Shown: one piece after another, positions 42,975-53,417 of the stretch
How positions within the stretch are numbered: the first letter of the stretch is position 1
How the letters are laid out: each line of letters starts with the position of its first letter
Made by a program: the position numbers and the translations under genes
Assembly: GCA_963667725.2 (NCBI GenBank)
Contig: CAXXHO010000005.1
Span: 352,001 to 416,000, forward strand
Direction: 5' to 3'
Source: Treponemataceae bacterium
Lineage (GTDB): Bacteria > Spirochaetota > Spirochaetia > Treponematales > Rectinemataceae
Length of the DNA stretch: 64,000 nt
The notes under the pieces: generated by a model
Seen by the model: the letters and a program-made list of their open reading frames with translations, nothing else
Databases searched by the model: none
Told to the model about the DNA's origin: nothing

Positions 42975-43005
42975 TCTACTTCTCCCACACTACTTGAGGC
43001 GGCTG

Positions 43006-43606
43006 TTATAAGGCATCAATGTTCTTCAATATTTCGATATATCTCTTAGTAGCGAGTTCGCTTATTCTCATCTTCCTGCACATATTATAGGATTCCAGCT
43101 TTTTATTCGGATTCTCAACCTTTATTTCATTCTCTATCGCTTTTCCCCTTAGCACTTTAAATGATTCTCTAAACCTTGGATCCTTTTTTGCTTTATCATA
43201 AAATGATAATACATATACATAATAAAATATATTGTACCTGAACATTGGATACTCAATCTTCATAAATAGCTTTCCTATCCCATAATGACATGGTCCCAGA
43301 GGCGTTCTTGTTTCCCAGTGCCGCAATAAAAACTCAACCGCTTTATCCAAGTTTTCTTCTTTATTTGCGTAAAGAGTAAACCTGAATACATCGAGCACAG
43401 TCAATGTCGGCCCTGGGTTGGAAAATGCCGTCTCGGGTCCTTTCCCAAATTTACATGAATTACATCGCCATCCACCATCGGTATGTTGAGTAGCTAATAG
43501 ATGAGAATACGTCTTCTCTAGCCTTTTATCTTCGGAATATCCAAGGTAGCATAGCGTCTTTGCGGCATTTGCCGTATGGCAAGGGTAGATCGCGCCAGAT
43601 TTGAAT
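43006..43606 (-). pseudogene. Prenyltransferase-like protein, 5'-truncated by IS30
   Basis: The frame stays open up to the IS30 end (IYPCHTAN...QHTDGGWRC...NPGPTL) and has no start. Confidence 0.65.
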
Positions 43607-44637
43607 AGTTCGTCAGTAACTCCTAACGCATAAAGTGTTAGGATGGGAACGTGGGAAAATATAGAAGAATCACGAACAAAGATCGTGAAGAGATCACCGT
43701 TTACCTAAATCTTGGGAATAGCCAAGAGGCTATCGCTAAAATGATGGGTTTTTCACAGTCAACCATATCGCGTGAACTTAAGAAGGGACACGATAGAGGC
43801 TTCTATAACCCATTTCTCGCGCAGCGGACTACTGATAAGCGAGCAAAACGTAGAATCCCTGCGCTTAAGATAAATAGTCCAACATGGCAGGTGATCAAAA
43901 ATCATCTTTCAATCCGTTGGTCACCGTTTCAAATAGCAGACTTCCTGCATACTTGTTCAAACGATGCTACAATAATAGCTGTGAGCGAGAAAACGATCTA
44001 TAGCTACCTTCATTTTCATATGAAGGGAGAACTGAAAAAGCTAGCGATTCTGGAGCTTCGTCAAAAGGGTAAAAAGCGTACAAAACGGGGTGAAGAAAAA
44101 CGCGGAAAGCTTGCAAACATTACGCTTATTGACGAAAGGCCAGAAGAAGTAGATTCAAGAGCCGTCCCTGGCCATTGGGAAGGCGATCTGATTATTGGGA
44201 AAGATCATAAATCAGCATTAAGCGTTATTGTCGAACGGCAAACACGATATGTTCTCATTGATCGACTTGAAGACTATTCAGCGGAAGAAGTCAGGAAAAG
44301 CATAGAGAAACGCCTTAAGACAATAGAGCCAAAGCTTGTAAAGAGCTTAACCTGTGATCAAGGCAAAGAAATGGCGGAGCATGAAAAACTGGCTTGCAGA
44401 ATAAAGATGAAGGTTTACTTTTGTCACCCCCATTCTCCTTGGGAAAAGGGAACCTGTGAAAATACAAATTTCTTAATTCGTGATATGCTCGATGGAGAAA
44501 CAGACTTTAGGAATCTAACCCAACGAGATATTTCGCGTGTTGCTCGATTACTTAATGAACGGCCAAGGCAAACTCTTGGGATGGTACCTCCCAAGAAAAA
44601 ATTCGACTGTTTATGCAATGAGAGTTACTGACGAACT
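43607..44637 (+). mobile_element. IS30-family insertion sequence
   Basis: Inverted repeats AGTTCGTCAGTAACTC / GAGTTACTGACGAACT; no target duplication seen. Confidence 0.85.
43651..44631 (+). CDS. IS30 transposase
   Basis: STISREL, GHWEGD, DQGKE, PWEKGTCEN.N, LNERP. Confidence 0.92.
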   Translation: MGKYRRITNKDREEITVYLNLGNSQEAIAKMMGFSQSTISRELKKGHDRGFYNPFLAQRTTDKRAKRRIPALKINSPTWQVIKNHLSIRWSPFQIADFLHTCSNDATIIAVSEKTIYSYLHFHMKGELKKLAILELRQKGKKRTKRGEEKRGKLANITLIDERPEEVDSRAVPGHWEGDLIIGKDHKSALSVIVERQTRYVLIDRLEDYSAEEVRKSIEKRLKTIEPKLVKSLTCDQGKEMAEHEKLACRIKMKVYFCHPHSPWEKGTCENTNFLIRDMLDGETDFRNLTQRDISRVARLLNERPRQTLGMVPPKKKFDCLCNESY

Positions 44638-44772
44638 CATATAAAGAATGAAGAAGAAAAATGGATATGTAAAAAATGTGGAGGAGTCGTATGTGTTCAT
44701 AGAGGATATTGTGTAGAATGTGGAACGATAGTTTACTATAGTATTGGAAATTATCGATCAAAGATAAAGTAG
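44638..44772 (+). pseudogene. 3' fragment of a DUF3795-like cassette gene
   Basis: IKNEEEKWICKKCGGVVCVHRGYCVEC...stop, followed by an attC. Confidence 0.55.
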
Positions 44773-44812
44773 AAAGCCATCATGATACATAAAGAAACTA
44801 ATAAGAAAAGAC

Positions 44813-44931
44813 ACCGAACAACTGCTTCAACCTTATAAAGCCTTTTGTCATAGTTTTTGCAGAACAACAATGCAAAAACCACGCCAATCCTTCGCTTCGC
44901 TCAGGCCAGGCTTTAAAGGTTAAGCCAATGT
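44813..44931 (+). repeat. attC site, cut within R' by IS256
   Basis: ACCGAAC-aact-GCTTCAACC...GGTTAAGC-caat-GT, then IS256. Confidence 0.85.
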
Positions 44932-45906
44932 GGTAGCGTCAACATTGGATAACGTACACTATCTTTCGCACATTTAGAGAGTTGAAAAGAGACGCCCTCA
45001 TCTGGTTAAGTTGAGTTACCAGACCAAACTTGGCCAAAAGGAGGGCGCCATGAACCCAAACGGTTCACAAGAAAAGATTATACGAATAGACGAAGGGCTC
45101 GTGAAGCGGGAACTGAGCGAGATCGTCCGAGGCACGGTGGAGGAGACTTTGAACAAACTTCTTGACGCTGAAGCAGACGAGCTGTGCGGTGCAGGAAGAT
45201 ATGAACGAAGTCCCGACCGGATCGACACAAGGGCCGGTTCGTATGAAAGAAACCTGGAGACGAAAGCCGGAAAGGTCAAACTCAAGGTACCCAAGTTGAG
45301 AACAATTCCTTTCGAGAGCGCGATCATTGACCGGTACAAACGCCGGGAATGCTCGGTAGAAGAAGCACTTATCGAGATGTACCTGGCTGGAGTGTCAGTC
45401 CGTCGCGTGGAAGACATTACCGAAGCCCTGTGGGGCACCAGGGCCTCGGCAGGGCTTATCTCCAAGCTTAACAAGCAAGTCTATGAAAAGATCGAATCTT
45501 GGCGGAACCGGAAGATAGAAGGTCGCCACGCTTACGTCTACCTGGATGGAATCGTGCTCAAACGAACCTGGGCGGATGAAGTCAGGAACGTCTCGATCCT
45601 TGTTGCCTTTGGGGTCAATGAAGACAGGTTCCGGGAGATTCTGGGAGCCGCGGAAGGGGCCAAGGAAGATAAAGCCGGCTGGGGCAGCTTCATCGCGAAT
45701 CTCAAGGAACGAGGGCTGACGGGTGTCAGGCTCTTCATCTCCGACAAGTGCATGGGCTTGGTGGAATCGCTGTCAGAATACTATCCTGACAGTCTCTGGC
45801 AACGTTGTACGGTATAATGAGCCGCGATAACTGGACAGGAATAGAGACAATATAAAGTGGACCGCTCCTCCTTGCAGAACGGAAAGAAGGAGGCATAGAG
45901 TTAGCT

Positions 45907-46209
45907 ATGAGAAAGCGGTACGACAAAGAATTCAAGGCCAAAGTAGCCTTGGAAGCCCTGAAGGGCGAAAAGACTTTGCAGGAACTGGCGATTACTTACT
46001 CGGTCCATCCGAACATGATCGCGCTCTGGAAAAGGCAACTTTCGGAGCACGCATCGGCGCTCTTTGAGAAAGAAGGGAAGGATAAAACAACAGAAGACGC
46101 CACGAGGCAAAAGGATGAACTGTACAAACAGATAGGACAGCTCCAAGTGGAGAACGACTACCTTAAAAAAAAATACAAACAACTGTACGGGACCGATCCG
46201 AAATGGTAG
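45907..46209 (+). CDS. IS3 OrfA
   Basis: FKAKVALEAL HTH; A9 slippery run at 46165-46173. Confidence 0.88.
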   Translation: MRKRYDKEFKAKVALEALKGEKTLQELAITYSVHPNMIALWKRQLSEHASALFEKEGKDKTTEDATRQKDELYKQIGQLQVENDYLKKKYKQLYGTDPKW

Positions 46210-47039
46210 AAGCCGATCATCCCGAGCTCTCAATAGCGCAGCAATGCACGATCCTCGGGATAGCTCGATCATCTTACTACTACCAGCCTAAGGAAGCTCC
46301 GGAAGATCATGATTTGGCTATTCTGGAAGCTATCCTCGAGGTGCTGAAAGAGAAACCGTTCTACGGTTACCGTAGAATAGCAAGGGAACTGATCTATTTG
46401 GACGTTACACGAAAGCAAGTTCGAAGGATTATGAAGAAAGCCGGATTACGGGCGATCTATCCTGGACTTCAGCTTTCCAAACCGTCCAAGGGTTCCAAGA
46501 AATACCCCTATTTACTTAGGGGGATGAATATTTGGCTACCGAATCAGGTGTGGGCGTCTGACATAACCTATATCAAGCTTTCTGGCGGTTACGTCTATCT
46601 GGTTACGATAATTGACCTGTATTCCAGGAAGATTCTGTCCTGGCGGGTTTCTAACACCATGGATGCCCAATTTTGTGTGTCGGCACTGGAAGAAGCAATT
46701 GCCCATTACGGAGTACCAGGCATTTTTAACACAGATCAAGGAAGCCAGTTTACTTCTGACGCCTTTGTGTCGGTGCTGGAATCTCATGGAATACAAATCA
46801 GCATGGATGGCGTAAACAGGGCGCTGGACAATATCTTTGTAGAACGGTTCTGGAGATCCTTGAAGTACGAGGACATTTATCTCAAGGATTACCGAACTAT
46901 GACAGAGCTGAAAGATGGGCTGGCTCGCTACCTTAGGTTTTATAACAGTGAGCGATTCCATCAATCGCTGGAGTACGAAACTCCAGACACTATTTATTGG
47001 AGTAAGTTCCCGGCAAGGGAACTCAAAGAAGCTGTATGA
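46203..47039 (+). CDS. IS3 OrfB (DDE integrase core)
   Basis: WASDITY, NTDQGSQF, DNIFVERFWRSLKYE. Confidence 0.9.
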   Translation: MVEADHPELSIAQQCTILGIARSSYYYQPKEAPEDHDLAILEAILEVLKEKPFYGYRRIARELIYLDVTRKQVRRIMKKAGLRAIYPGLQLSKPSKGSKKYPYLLRGMNIWLPNQVWASDITYIKLSGGYVYLVTIIDLYSRKILSWRVSNTMDAQFCVSALEEAIAHYGVPGIFNTDQGSQFTSDAFVSVLESHGIQISMDGVNRALDNIFVERFWRSLKYEDIYLKDYRTMTELKDGLARYLRFYNSERFHQSLEYETPDTIYWSKFPARELKEAV

Positions 47040-47603
47040 GAGGAGAAGGTGTCCACCTTATTCCTGATTCTTTTCTGTCTAGACAGGTGGGCTCATTATA
47101 TACGGTGCATTTCTACCGGAATGTGTTCACCAATGTCCCAAGTACCAAAGTGAAAGATGTGGCAGCGATGCTCAAGGCGATCCATGCCCAGGAAGACCGT
47201 CAGGCGGCCCTGGAGAAGGCGCAGGCCGTAGCAGAGAAGCTCAAAGCCATGAAATTGCATACCGCAGCCAAGACTCTTGAAGAGGGTATTCTGGAGACCT
47301 TGAGCTATACTGAATTCCCCCGTGAACATTGGCGAAAACTGAGGACCAACAATCCAATGGAACGGATCATGCGGGAGATCCGTCGTCGTACCCGGGTGGT
47401 TGGCAACTTCCCGGATGGTAATTCTGCGCTTATGCTGGTGACCTCTAGGTTGCGCTACATTGCTGGTCGTCAGTGGGGTACACGGTGCTATATGAATATG
47501 GAACTTTTATTCAAAGGAGAAATCGGCTACCAGATAATCGAGGCATAGACGGGAACTGGATGAGGGCTTCCCGATAAATGTGCGAAAGAATGTTGACGCT
47601 ACC

Positions 47604-47869
47604 TTTTTTAATTTACCAATATTTTCACCCAATTCAAGAAACACCAGATCACTTTCTTTTGATATATACCCTTTATAATAGTATTCGCCATTCTTATTAA
47701 GCTTTACGGAATGGACCCTTCCTTCTTTTAGATATGGTCCAGCAATATCTACACTTAACTTTGATGTATCTACTCCAATAGTATCAATAATCTTCCCGGT
47801 TAACGTAAAATTATTTTTTGAACAACTAGTAATTACTAAGCATATAAGTAATAGAATCCAATTTCTCAT
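47604..47869 (-). pseudogene. Lipoprotein cassette gene, 3'-truncated by IS256
   Basis: MRNWILLLICLVITSC lipobox-like start; the frame runs into the IS256 end. Confidence 0.55.
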
Positions 47870-47915
47870 GTGCTCTCCAAAGCAAAACAAAAATATTTTC
47901 AATGTTTTTCTATAA

Positions 47916-47952
47916 ACCTAACATTGGCTTAACCTTTAAATCCGCGCCTGAG
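47916..47952 (-). repeat. attC half (L'/R'), truncated by IS1634
   Basis: ACCTAACattggcttaacctttaaatccgcgcCTGAG, then IS. Confidence 0.8.
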
Positions 47953-49875
47953 CTGGCGTTGTACAGTGCGCGGTATAGAAAATCTTGCTAATACTCTATA
48001 AATAATAGAGTTATACGATTGCAGTCGAAAATCTTTTATACCGCAACAGGATCTCTTGCTACTGTAGCAAGAACTTTCTTTGGTAATTCAATAGTTAAGC
48101 GCTTGAAAATGTCCTTCGCCTCGTCGGAAATATCAGAGCAATACCAGAGGCTTACATTGTCGCTCTCAATAAGCCCTGCAGTAACATCGGACAGAACTTT
48201 TTCAATCTGGTACCACGACCGGTCCGCCATATTCTCTGCATACCGTACCAGCACCATGGCAAGCCAGCAAATAAGAATATGGCTTCGAATACGATCATCA
48301 AGTCGGTGGTATATGGGACGAATATCCAAGGTGTTTTTCATATCCTTGAATACCCGCTCTATGGCCCAGAGCTGCTTATAGCCGGCAACAATATCGGCAG
48401 CATCCAGCTTCATGCTGGACGTCGACACTAGAAACTTGCCATCAAGGAGTTCCTCTGAGGCTATCTTGGCGGTGTCGAGGTGCAAGACACCCTTCGTATC
48501 CTGCCTAATGTATCTGCCATAGGCGGAATGAGAGCGTAGCGCACACGCCGCTTTCGTGTGTGCTTTCCCCGTATACTGCGACAGTTCATCAAGCTTGCGC
48601 TTCGTAGCATCGACGATTTGTTCGCGTATGACATGGTCGCGCGTTTCGGCTTCCGGATTCTTGACGATGATGAATCGGCGCTCCGTGGCTTTCCCTGCAT
48701 CGAGGACGACATCTTTAATCGCGAGGCCACTTTCCAGGATCCTGAATCGCCCTTTCCGGTGTAGGGCTTCTACCGCGGCGCCATCGGTACCAACGCGGAG
48801 CTTTTCGCCGATGATATAGTCACCGCATTCCCGTAAAAGGATTCTTCTGTTGTCGGCACTATTGAATCCTGCATCTTGGACCATGACGACATGACCAAGA
48901 TTCCACTGTCCTAGATCACCTTTCACCTGCTCGACGATCGTCTGGTCGCTCGTGTTGCCCGGGAATACCCAGCAGCGAATAGGAATGCCGCTACGCGTCA
49001 CCGCAAAGGCAATCGAAACCAACGGTAGCTCGGGGTGTCCATCTTTACTGTGGCCACGTTTTAAAAGCCCTGAACCGGAAGCATCTTCGTCGGTCTCGAA
49101 ATAGGTGTTCGTCGTATCAAGAAAGATAAGATCCACATCAAGGTGGGCATTCTTTGATACTTCGGTAAATATGTGCTTCTGGAGTTCTTCGCTCGACTCC
49201 ACAAGAAGATCCATCGCCCGGTAAAGATTGTGAACATCGACGTTCACAAGATCCCTGATATATGCTTTCTTTGAAACCCAGTGTTCAAGAGAAAGCTTCG
49301 AACCCGGAGCCAGGATCCTGCCTGCAACCATGGCAAAGCAGAGCCGTTCGACGGGTGTGGCGAACTGGCGTTCGTTAAGAAGCCCTTTGATAGCCTTTGC
49401 CATGCCAAGACGATTCCATAGGGCATCTAGAAGCCAGGTGCCCCCAAGCTCCCGACTTGAATGGAAGTCAAATCCGGCGGGGACTTCAGAAGGATATTCG
49501 CCTAAGACCGCAGACAGTGCCTTGATGATCGCCTGGATGTAGGAAGGCTCGATCTGATCTTCCCGTCCGAGCTTCATAAGGACATTGGTTTTGGTCTTTC
49601 CTGTTTCCTTGACGCGGTAGTTGTGCACAAGTTGAAGGTACGTATAGGTACCGCCTTGAGCATTCTTTAGGGTACATTTCCGTACGTTCATTATACCGCT
49701 AATTATACAACATAGTGTTTTATCTGTAAAGTTTTATTTCGAATATTTATAAATATCTTATACCGCATTTGCATCATGCTTTTTGTACAGTCCGTTTTTA
49801 GTTATTTGTTGTCAGTATAATATATTAAGCTGCTTTATTGCTTACTGTATTATACCACACGCTGTACAACGTCAG
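47953..49875 (-). mobile_element. IS1634-family element A, copy 1 (1923 bp)
   Basis: Ends CTGGCGTTGTACAG / CTGTACAACGTCAG; inverted copy of 54028-55950. Confidence 0.88.
48036..49691 (-). CDS. IS1634-family transposase
   Basis: YLQLVHNYR, FLDTT, GHSKD, GNTSD, DAG, IERVFKDMK, RPIYH. Confidence 0.9.
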   Translation of the reverse strand: MNVRKCTLKNAQGGTYTYLQLVHNYRVKETGKTKTNVLMKLGREDQIEPSYIQAIIKALSAVLGEYPSEVPAGFDFHSSRELGGTWLLDALWNRLGMAKAIKGLLNERQFATPVERLCFAMVAGRILAPGSKLSLEHWVSKKAYIRDLVNVDVHNLYRAMDLLVESSEELQKHIFTEVSKNAHLDVDLIFLDTTNTYFETDEDASGSGLLKRGHSKDGHPELPLVSIAFAVTRSGIPIRCWVFPGNTSDQTIVEQVKGDLGQWNLGHVVMVQDAGFNSADNRRILLRECGDYIIGEKLRVGTDGAAVEALHRKGRFRILESGLAIKDVVLDAGKATERRFIIVKNPEAETRDHVIREQIVDATKRKLDELSQYTGKAHTKAACALRSHSAYGRYIRQDTKGVLHLDTAKIASEELLDGKFLVSTSSMKLDAADIVAGYKQLWAIERVFKDMKNTLDIRPIYHRLDDRIRSHILICWLAMVLVRYAENMADRSWYQIEKVLSDVTAGLIESDNVSLWYCSDISDEAKDIFKRLTIELPKKVLATVARDPVAV

Positions 49876-49899
49876 TTAAGGGTCAAGCCAATGTTATGC
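49876..49899 (+). repeat. attC half (L'/R')
   Basis: ttaagGGTCAAGC-caat-GTTATGC. Confidence 0.75.
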
Positions 49900-49932
49900 G
49901 GACGCTTCGCGCAAGTATACTTGAAATTATAC

Positions 49933-49961
49933 TTGACAATAGACGTAAGTAAATGTACTAT
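49933..49961 (+). promoter_or_regulatory. Promoter of TA cassette 1
   Basis: TTGACA-N17-TACTAT. Confidence 0.7.
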
Positions 49962-49982
49962 TCATAGCATAGGAGAATGCTT

Positions 49983-50213
49983 ATGCCGCAAATATCACTC
50001 TATATCGATGAAAAGACCTTGAAGAAGGTAGAAAATGTCGCGAAGCGACAACATACATCAATCTCAAAATGGGTTGCTGAGCAGATTCGATCTCGAGTTG
50101 AACCAGCATATCCTGTAAATTTTGAAGCGCTCTTTGGATCTATTACTGATGATACTTTTGTTGAACCTAAAGAAATATCCTTTAGTTCTGATTTAGCAAG
50201 GGAAGAAATGTAA
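49983..50213 (+). CDS. Antitoxin (RHH/CopG-like)
   Basis: MPQISLYID...SISKWV, translationally coupled to a PIN gene. Confidence 0.75.
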   Translation: MPQISLYIDEKTLKKVENVAKRQHTSISKWVAEQIRSRVEPAYPVNFEALFGSITDDTFVEPKEISFSSDLAREEM

Positions 50214-50611
50214 TGTATTATTTAGACACAAATACATGCATTTACTTTCTAAATGGAAAGTATGAATCTGTAAAGACAAAGATTCTCACAACACTTCCAA
50301 ATGAAATAGCAATTCCATCAATTGTGAAAGCAGAATTACTTCTTGGAGCTTATAAGAGTAAAAACAGAAAAAGTAATATTGAGAAAATTGAAAAGTTTTT
50401 AGAACCATTTGAGATAGTAGCATTTGATGACGTAATGGCTTATACGTATGCAGATATTAGGTATAAAACAGAAAAGATTGGAGAGAATGTTGGGCCTAAC
50501 GATCTTTTTATAGCGGCAATTGTAAAATTTCATGAAGGTACATTGGTAACGAATAATGATAAAGAGTTTAGCAGAATTGAAGGATTGAAAATAGAAAACT
50601 GGGTAAAATAA
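50213..50611 (+). CDS. vapC: VapC PIN toxin
   Basis: YLDTNTC, AEL, GPNDLFIAA, LVTNN..EF.RI.GL. Confidence 0.9.
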   Translation: MYYLDTNTCIYFLNGKYESVKTKILTTLPNEIAIPSIVKAELLLGAYKSKNRKSNIEKIEKFLEPFEIVAFDDVMAYTYADIRYKTEKIGENVGPNDLFIAAIVKFHEGTLVTNNDKEFSRIEGLKIENWVK

Positions 50612-50653
50612 TTTCGCATAACAACCGTTTCAACCTTATAACGCTCTTAGTCA

Positions 50654-52359
50654 CCTGAATTCCCAGTAAATTGTAGCTAGGCGACGACCGGCAATTCAAT
50701 GTTTAAGAGCTCCAAGATTTCTCGCTGTGGCTTTGTTATCTCGGTAAGTATCTGACCATATTTTCCTGCATAACGAATCTTAGTAAGCGGATCCATTTCA
50801 AGCAACAATTCCTGAACTGTATATTTTTCAATGAGTTTTGACTGTCGCATTTCTCTTCGTAAAGCACTTGTAAAAATGAGCGCTATGAATTGTATAAAGA
50901 GCCTGCCGTCGACAGTTTCTATCGTGTGCATACGAAGGCGTTTCATGTCCAGGCTATTCTTCAGATCGTCGAAACATTTCTCCACGATATCTTTGTCACG
51001 ATATACTTGGAGTGCCTCATCGGGATCTTTAAAGCGCGTCGTGAAAATCGCCTGAAACCCCGCATAACGTTTGATATACTGACTTACCGCGTCGTTGTTG
51101 TACGAAACCTTCATCCCCCGCACCGGCGTCGTCGTGATGATAAAAAAGGTCTCGTACTGTTCTTTGTTCTCGGCCTTTGGTTTTCCTGACTCCAGCTCTT
51201 CCTTGTAGGTTATGAGTTCTCTATTAAACCGATCGATTGCATGAGCTCTCATCTGGGCGTTGTAGTAAAGGTGCAGATAACAACGTCGCCGATCTTCTCC
51301 CCAGGGATGGAGCATTGAGTGAACATACAGTACCTCATCGTCGATCATCCTGTAGTGTTCAGGCCCCTGAATCGTATCGTAGATCTCGTCTATGGCTTTC
51401 TGAATCCATAGATTATTCAAAGGAACCGAAAGAGTGAAATGGTCTTTTCGCTCTAAAAGTTCATCAACGTTCTTCTTGCTGTAGAACCCTTTATCAAGCA
51501 CATAGTGCAGATTCTTGATAGCTAGTTTCTTAAAGGTCGCTAGAAGATTGTGTACCGTTTGCACATCAGTGATATTGCCAGGAATCCTGTGATAGTACAC
51601 TGGTAGTTTGCTCTTCTGACCGAAGAGCATGGCCAAATTAAGCTGGGGAAGCTTCTCCTTATCTCTGTTGTGTCCCCAGCGGATGTAGTCATTGAACGCA
51701 CTGTAGGATGAAATGCTCGTGATATCGTAGCAGAGATATTCATCCTCAAGAATTTTATCCATCCAGGATGACAAAAACGATTGCTTTGCTCCTGTCGATA
51801 TGGATCCAAGAATCTCGCTTATCCTCTGGCTTGTAAGTGGCTTTGTTGCTGGATGTTCATGGGTTTTGGTCCACGATTCGCATTGGCTTAAGGGCCCTCC
51901 CTGGCAGGCAAGGTAATAAACCATAGTAAGAATTTGTGCAGAGCATTCAGGGAATGCCGCTTTTAAAAGCCTCGCGACTCCCAGCCGCTTGGATATTTCA
52001 TCGAGAATTAACGAAGGTCCAACGATAGTTGCTGTCGCCGTACCGATAGATTCGTTATCTTGTATAGCACTCTGCGTTATGCGCTTTGATGGAATAAATG
52101 CTCCGGTTGTTGGATCAATTTTGCCAATACAGACTTGCGTACTGCGTGCCTGTTGTTTTTCTTTGTCCCAACGAGATACCGATTCATAGACATACGTCAC
52201 GCCGGTTTTCTTATTGAGATGATGTATACGATAGGGCATTAAGCTGATCCTGCATTCATAGCTGTAATTGTAGCTATGTTTGCTTATTCTGTCAATGCTT
52301 ATTCGCATATATCTAATAGATTTATTCAATCCCTAGCTACAATTTTCCGGGAAATTAGG
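50654..52359 (-). mobile_element. IS1634-family element B (1706 bp)
   Basis: 28-bp imperfect inverted repeats CCTGAATTCCCAGTAAATTGTAGCTAGG / CCTAGCTACAATTTTCCGGGAAATTAGG; 6-bp target duplication TAGTCA. Confidence 0.88.
50677..52239 (-). CDS. IS1634-family transposase B
   Basis: YVYES, YDITS, GNITDV, DKGF, VEKCFDDLK. Confidence 0.88.
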   Translation of the reverse strand: MPYRIHHLNKKTGVTYVYESVSRWDKEKQQARSTQVCIGKIDPTTGAFIPSKRITQSAIQDNESIGTATATIVGPSLILDEISKRLGVARLLKAAFPECSAQILTMVYYLACQGGPLSQCESWTKTHEHPATKPLTSQRISEILGSISTGAKQSFLSSWMDKILEDEYLCYDITSISSYSAFNDYIRWGHNRDKEKLPQLNLAMLFGQKSKLPVYYHRIPGNITDVQTVHNLLATFKKLAIKNLHYVLDKGFYSKKNVDELLERKDHFTLSVPLNNLWIQKAIDEIYDTIQGPEHYRMIDDEVLYVHSMLHPWGEDRRRCYLHLYYNAQMRAHAIDRFNRELITYKEELESGKPKAENKEQYETFFIITTTPVRGMKVSYNNDAVSQYIKRYAGFQAIFTTRFKDPDEALQVYRDKDIVEKCFDDLKNSLDMKRLRMHTIETVDGRLFIQFIALIFTSALRREMRQSKLIEKYTVQELLLEMDPLTKIRYAGKYGQILTEITKPQREILELLNIELPVVA

Positions 52360-52518
52360 TAGTCATGGTTTGTGCAGAACAACAATGCACAAACCACGCC
52401 AATCCCTCGCTTTGCTCGGGAACGAGCGTTAAAGGTTAAGCCAATGTTATGCGGACTCGCGCATTCGCGCGAGCTAAGTTATTATAATAGAAGTATATAA
52501 AAAAGTATAATGTTGTTC

Positions 52519-52547
52519 TTGACATTACACATACTAATGTGTAAATT
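52519..52547 (+). promoter_or_regulatory. Promoter and palindromic operator of TA cassette 2
   Basis: TTGACA-N17-TAAATT overlapping TTACACAT-acta-ATGTGTAA. Confidence 0.7.
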
Positions 52548-52567
52548 ATTGACATAAGGAGGACATT

Positions 52568-52765
52568 ATGGCTACAAACCTCGCTATAGATGATAGATTG
52601 CTCACGAAAGCACTTGAAATTGGCGGTTATAAATCAAAAAAGGACACTGTTAATGCTGCACTTGATGAATTTATCAAAAGAAGAAAAGCAAAAGAGCTAA
52701 TAGATATTTTTGGTACAATAGAATATGACGCTTCTTATGATTACAAGAAAATGAGATCAAGATGA
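52568..52765 (+). CDS. vapB: VapB antitoxin (DUF2191-like)
   Basis: MATNLAIDD.L...K..VN.AL. Confidence 0.82.
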   Translation: MATNLAIDDRLLTKALEIGGYKSKKDTVNAALDEFIKRRKAKELIDIFGTIEYDASYDYKKMRSR

Positions 52766-53175
52766 AACGAGTATTAGTAGATACTTCGGTATGGTCTCTT
52801 GCACTAAGAAAAAAGGAAAGAACTGAGGAAGAACAAAAGATAGTAAGTCATCTATCAAAATTGATAAGTAATCTTACTGTTGTTCTTATAGGTCCAATAC
52901 GACAAGAAATTTTATCAGGAATCTCAACGAAAGAACGATTTGAAGCACTTAAAGAAAGGATATCAATATTTGAAGATCATACGATACATACCCATGATTA
53001 TGAACTTGCTGCAGAATACTTTAATGAGTGTAGAAAGCATGGTATACAAGGATCTCATATAGATTACCTCATATGCTCTGTTGCCTCAAATAATGACATG
53101 TCAATATTTACATTAGATAATGATTTTCAGCTGTATAAAAAGCATATAAGAATAAAGTTAGAGAAATACGCATAA
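52762..53175 (+). CDS. vapC: VapC PIN toxin
   Basis: VLVDTSVW, QEILSG, IDYLI, TLDNDF. The stop codon lies inside the attC R''. Confidence 0.88.
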   Translation: MKRVLVDTSVWSLALRKKERTEEEQKIVSHLSKLISNLTVVLIGPIRQEILSGISTKERFEALKERISIFEDHTIHTHDYELAAEYFNECRKHGIQGSHIDYLICSVASNNDMSIFTLDNDFQLYKKHIRIKLEKYA

Positions 53176-53294
53176 CAAAAGCTTCAACCCTATAACGCCT
53201 TTTGTAATGGTTTTTGCAGAACAACAATGCAAAAACCACGCCAATCCTTCGCTTCGCTCAGGAACAGGCGTTAAGGGTTAAGCCAATGTTAGAT
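53170..53294 (+). repeat. attC site
   Basis: GCATAAC-aaaa-GCTTCAACC...GGTTAAGC-caat-GTTAGAT. Confidence 0.9.
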
Positions 53295-53417
53295 CTATTG
53301 AATAACAAACTCCGAGTAGATTTTGATGCTTTGGTATATAAAATTAGATTCTAATTGTACAATAATAGTAAACAAGTAACAACATGATATGCTTTGTACG
53401 TAAAAAAAGAGTGTAAC

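Larger units (their letters stand above)
45813..47100 (+). mobile_element. IS3-family element
   Basis: Inverted repeats TATAATGAGCC / GGCTCATTATA; 5-bp target duplication TACGG (45808-45812, 47101-47105). Confidence 0.9.
45050..47548 (+). pseudogene. IS256 transposase split by IS3
   Basis: EMYLAGVSVR, YLDG, WQRCT|VHFYRN, RTNNPMER. The frame is restored when IS3 and one TACGG are removed. Confidence 0.9.
44932..47603 (+). mobile_element. IS256-family element interrupted by IS3
   Basis: Inverted repeats GGTAGCGTCAACATT / AATGTTGACGCTACC. Confidence 0.85.
50616..52452 (+). repeat. attC site interrupted by IS1634 element B
   Basis: GCATAAC (50616) to GTTATGC (52452); intact after removing the IS and one TAGTCA. 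Confidence 0.85.
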
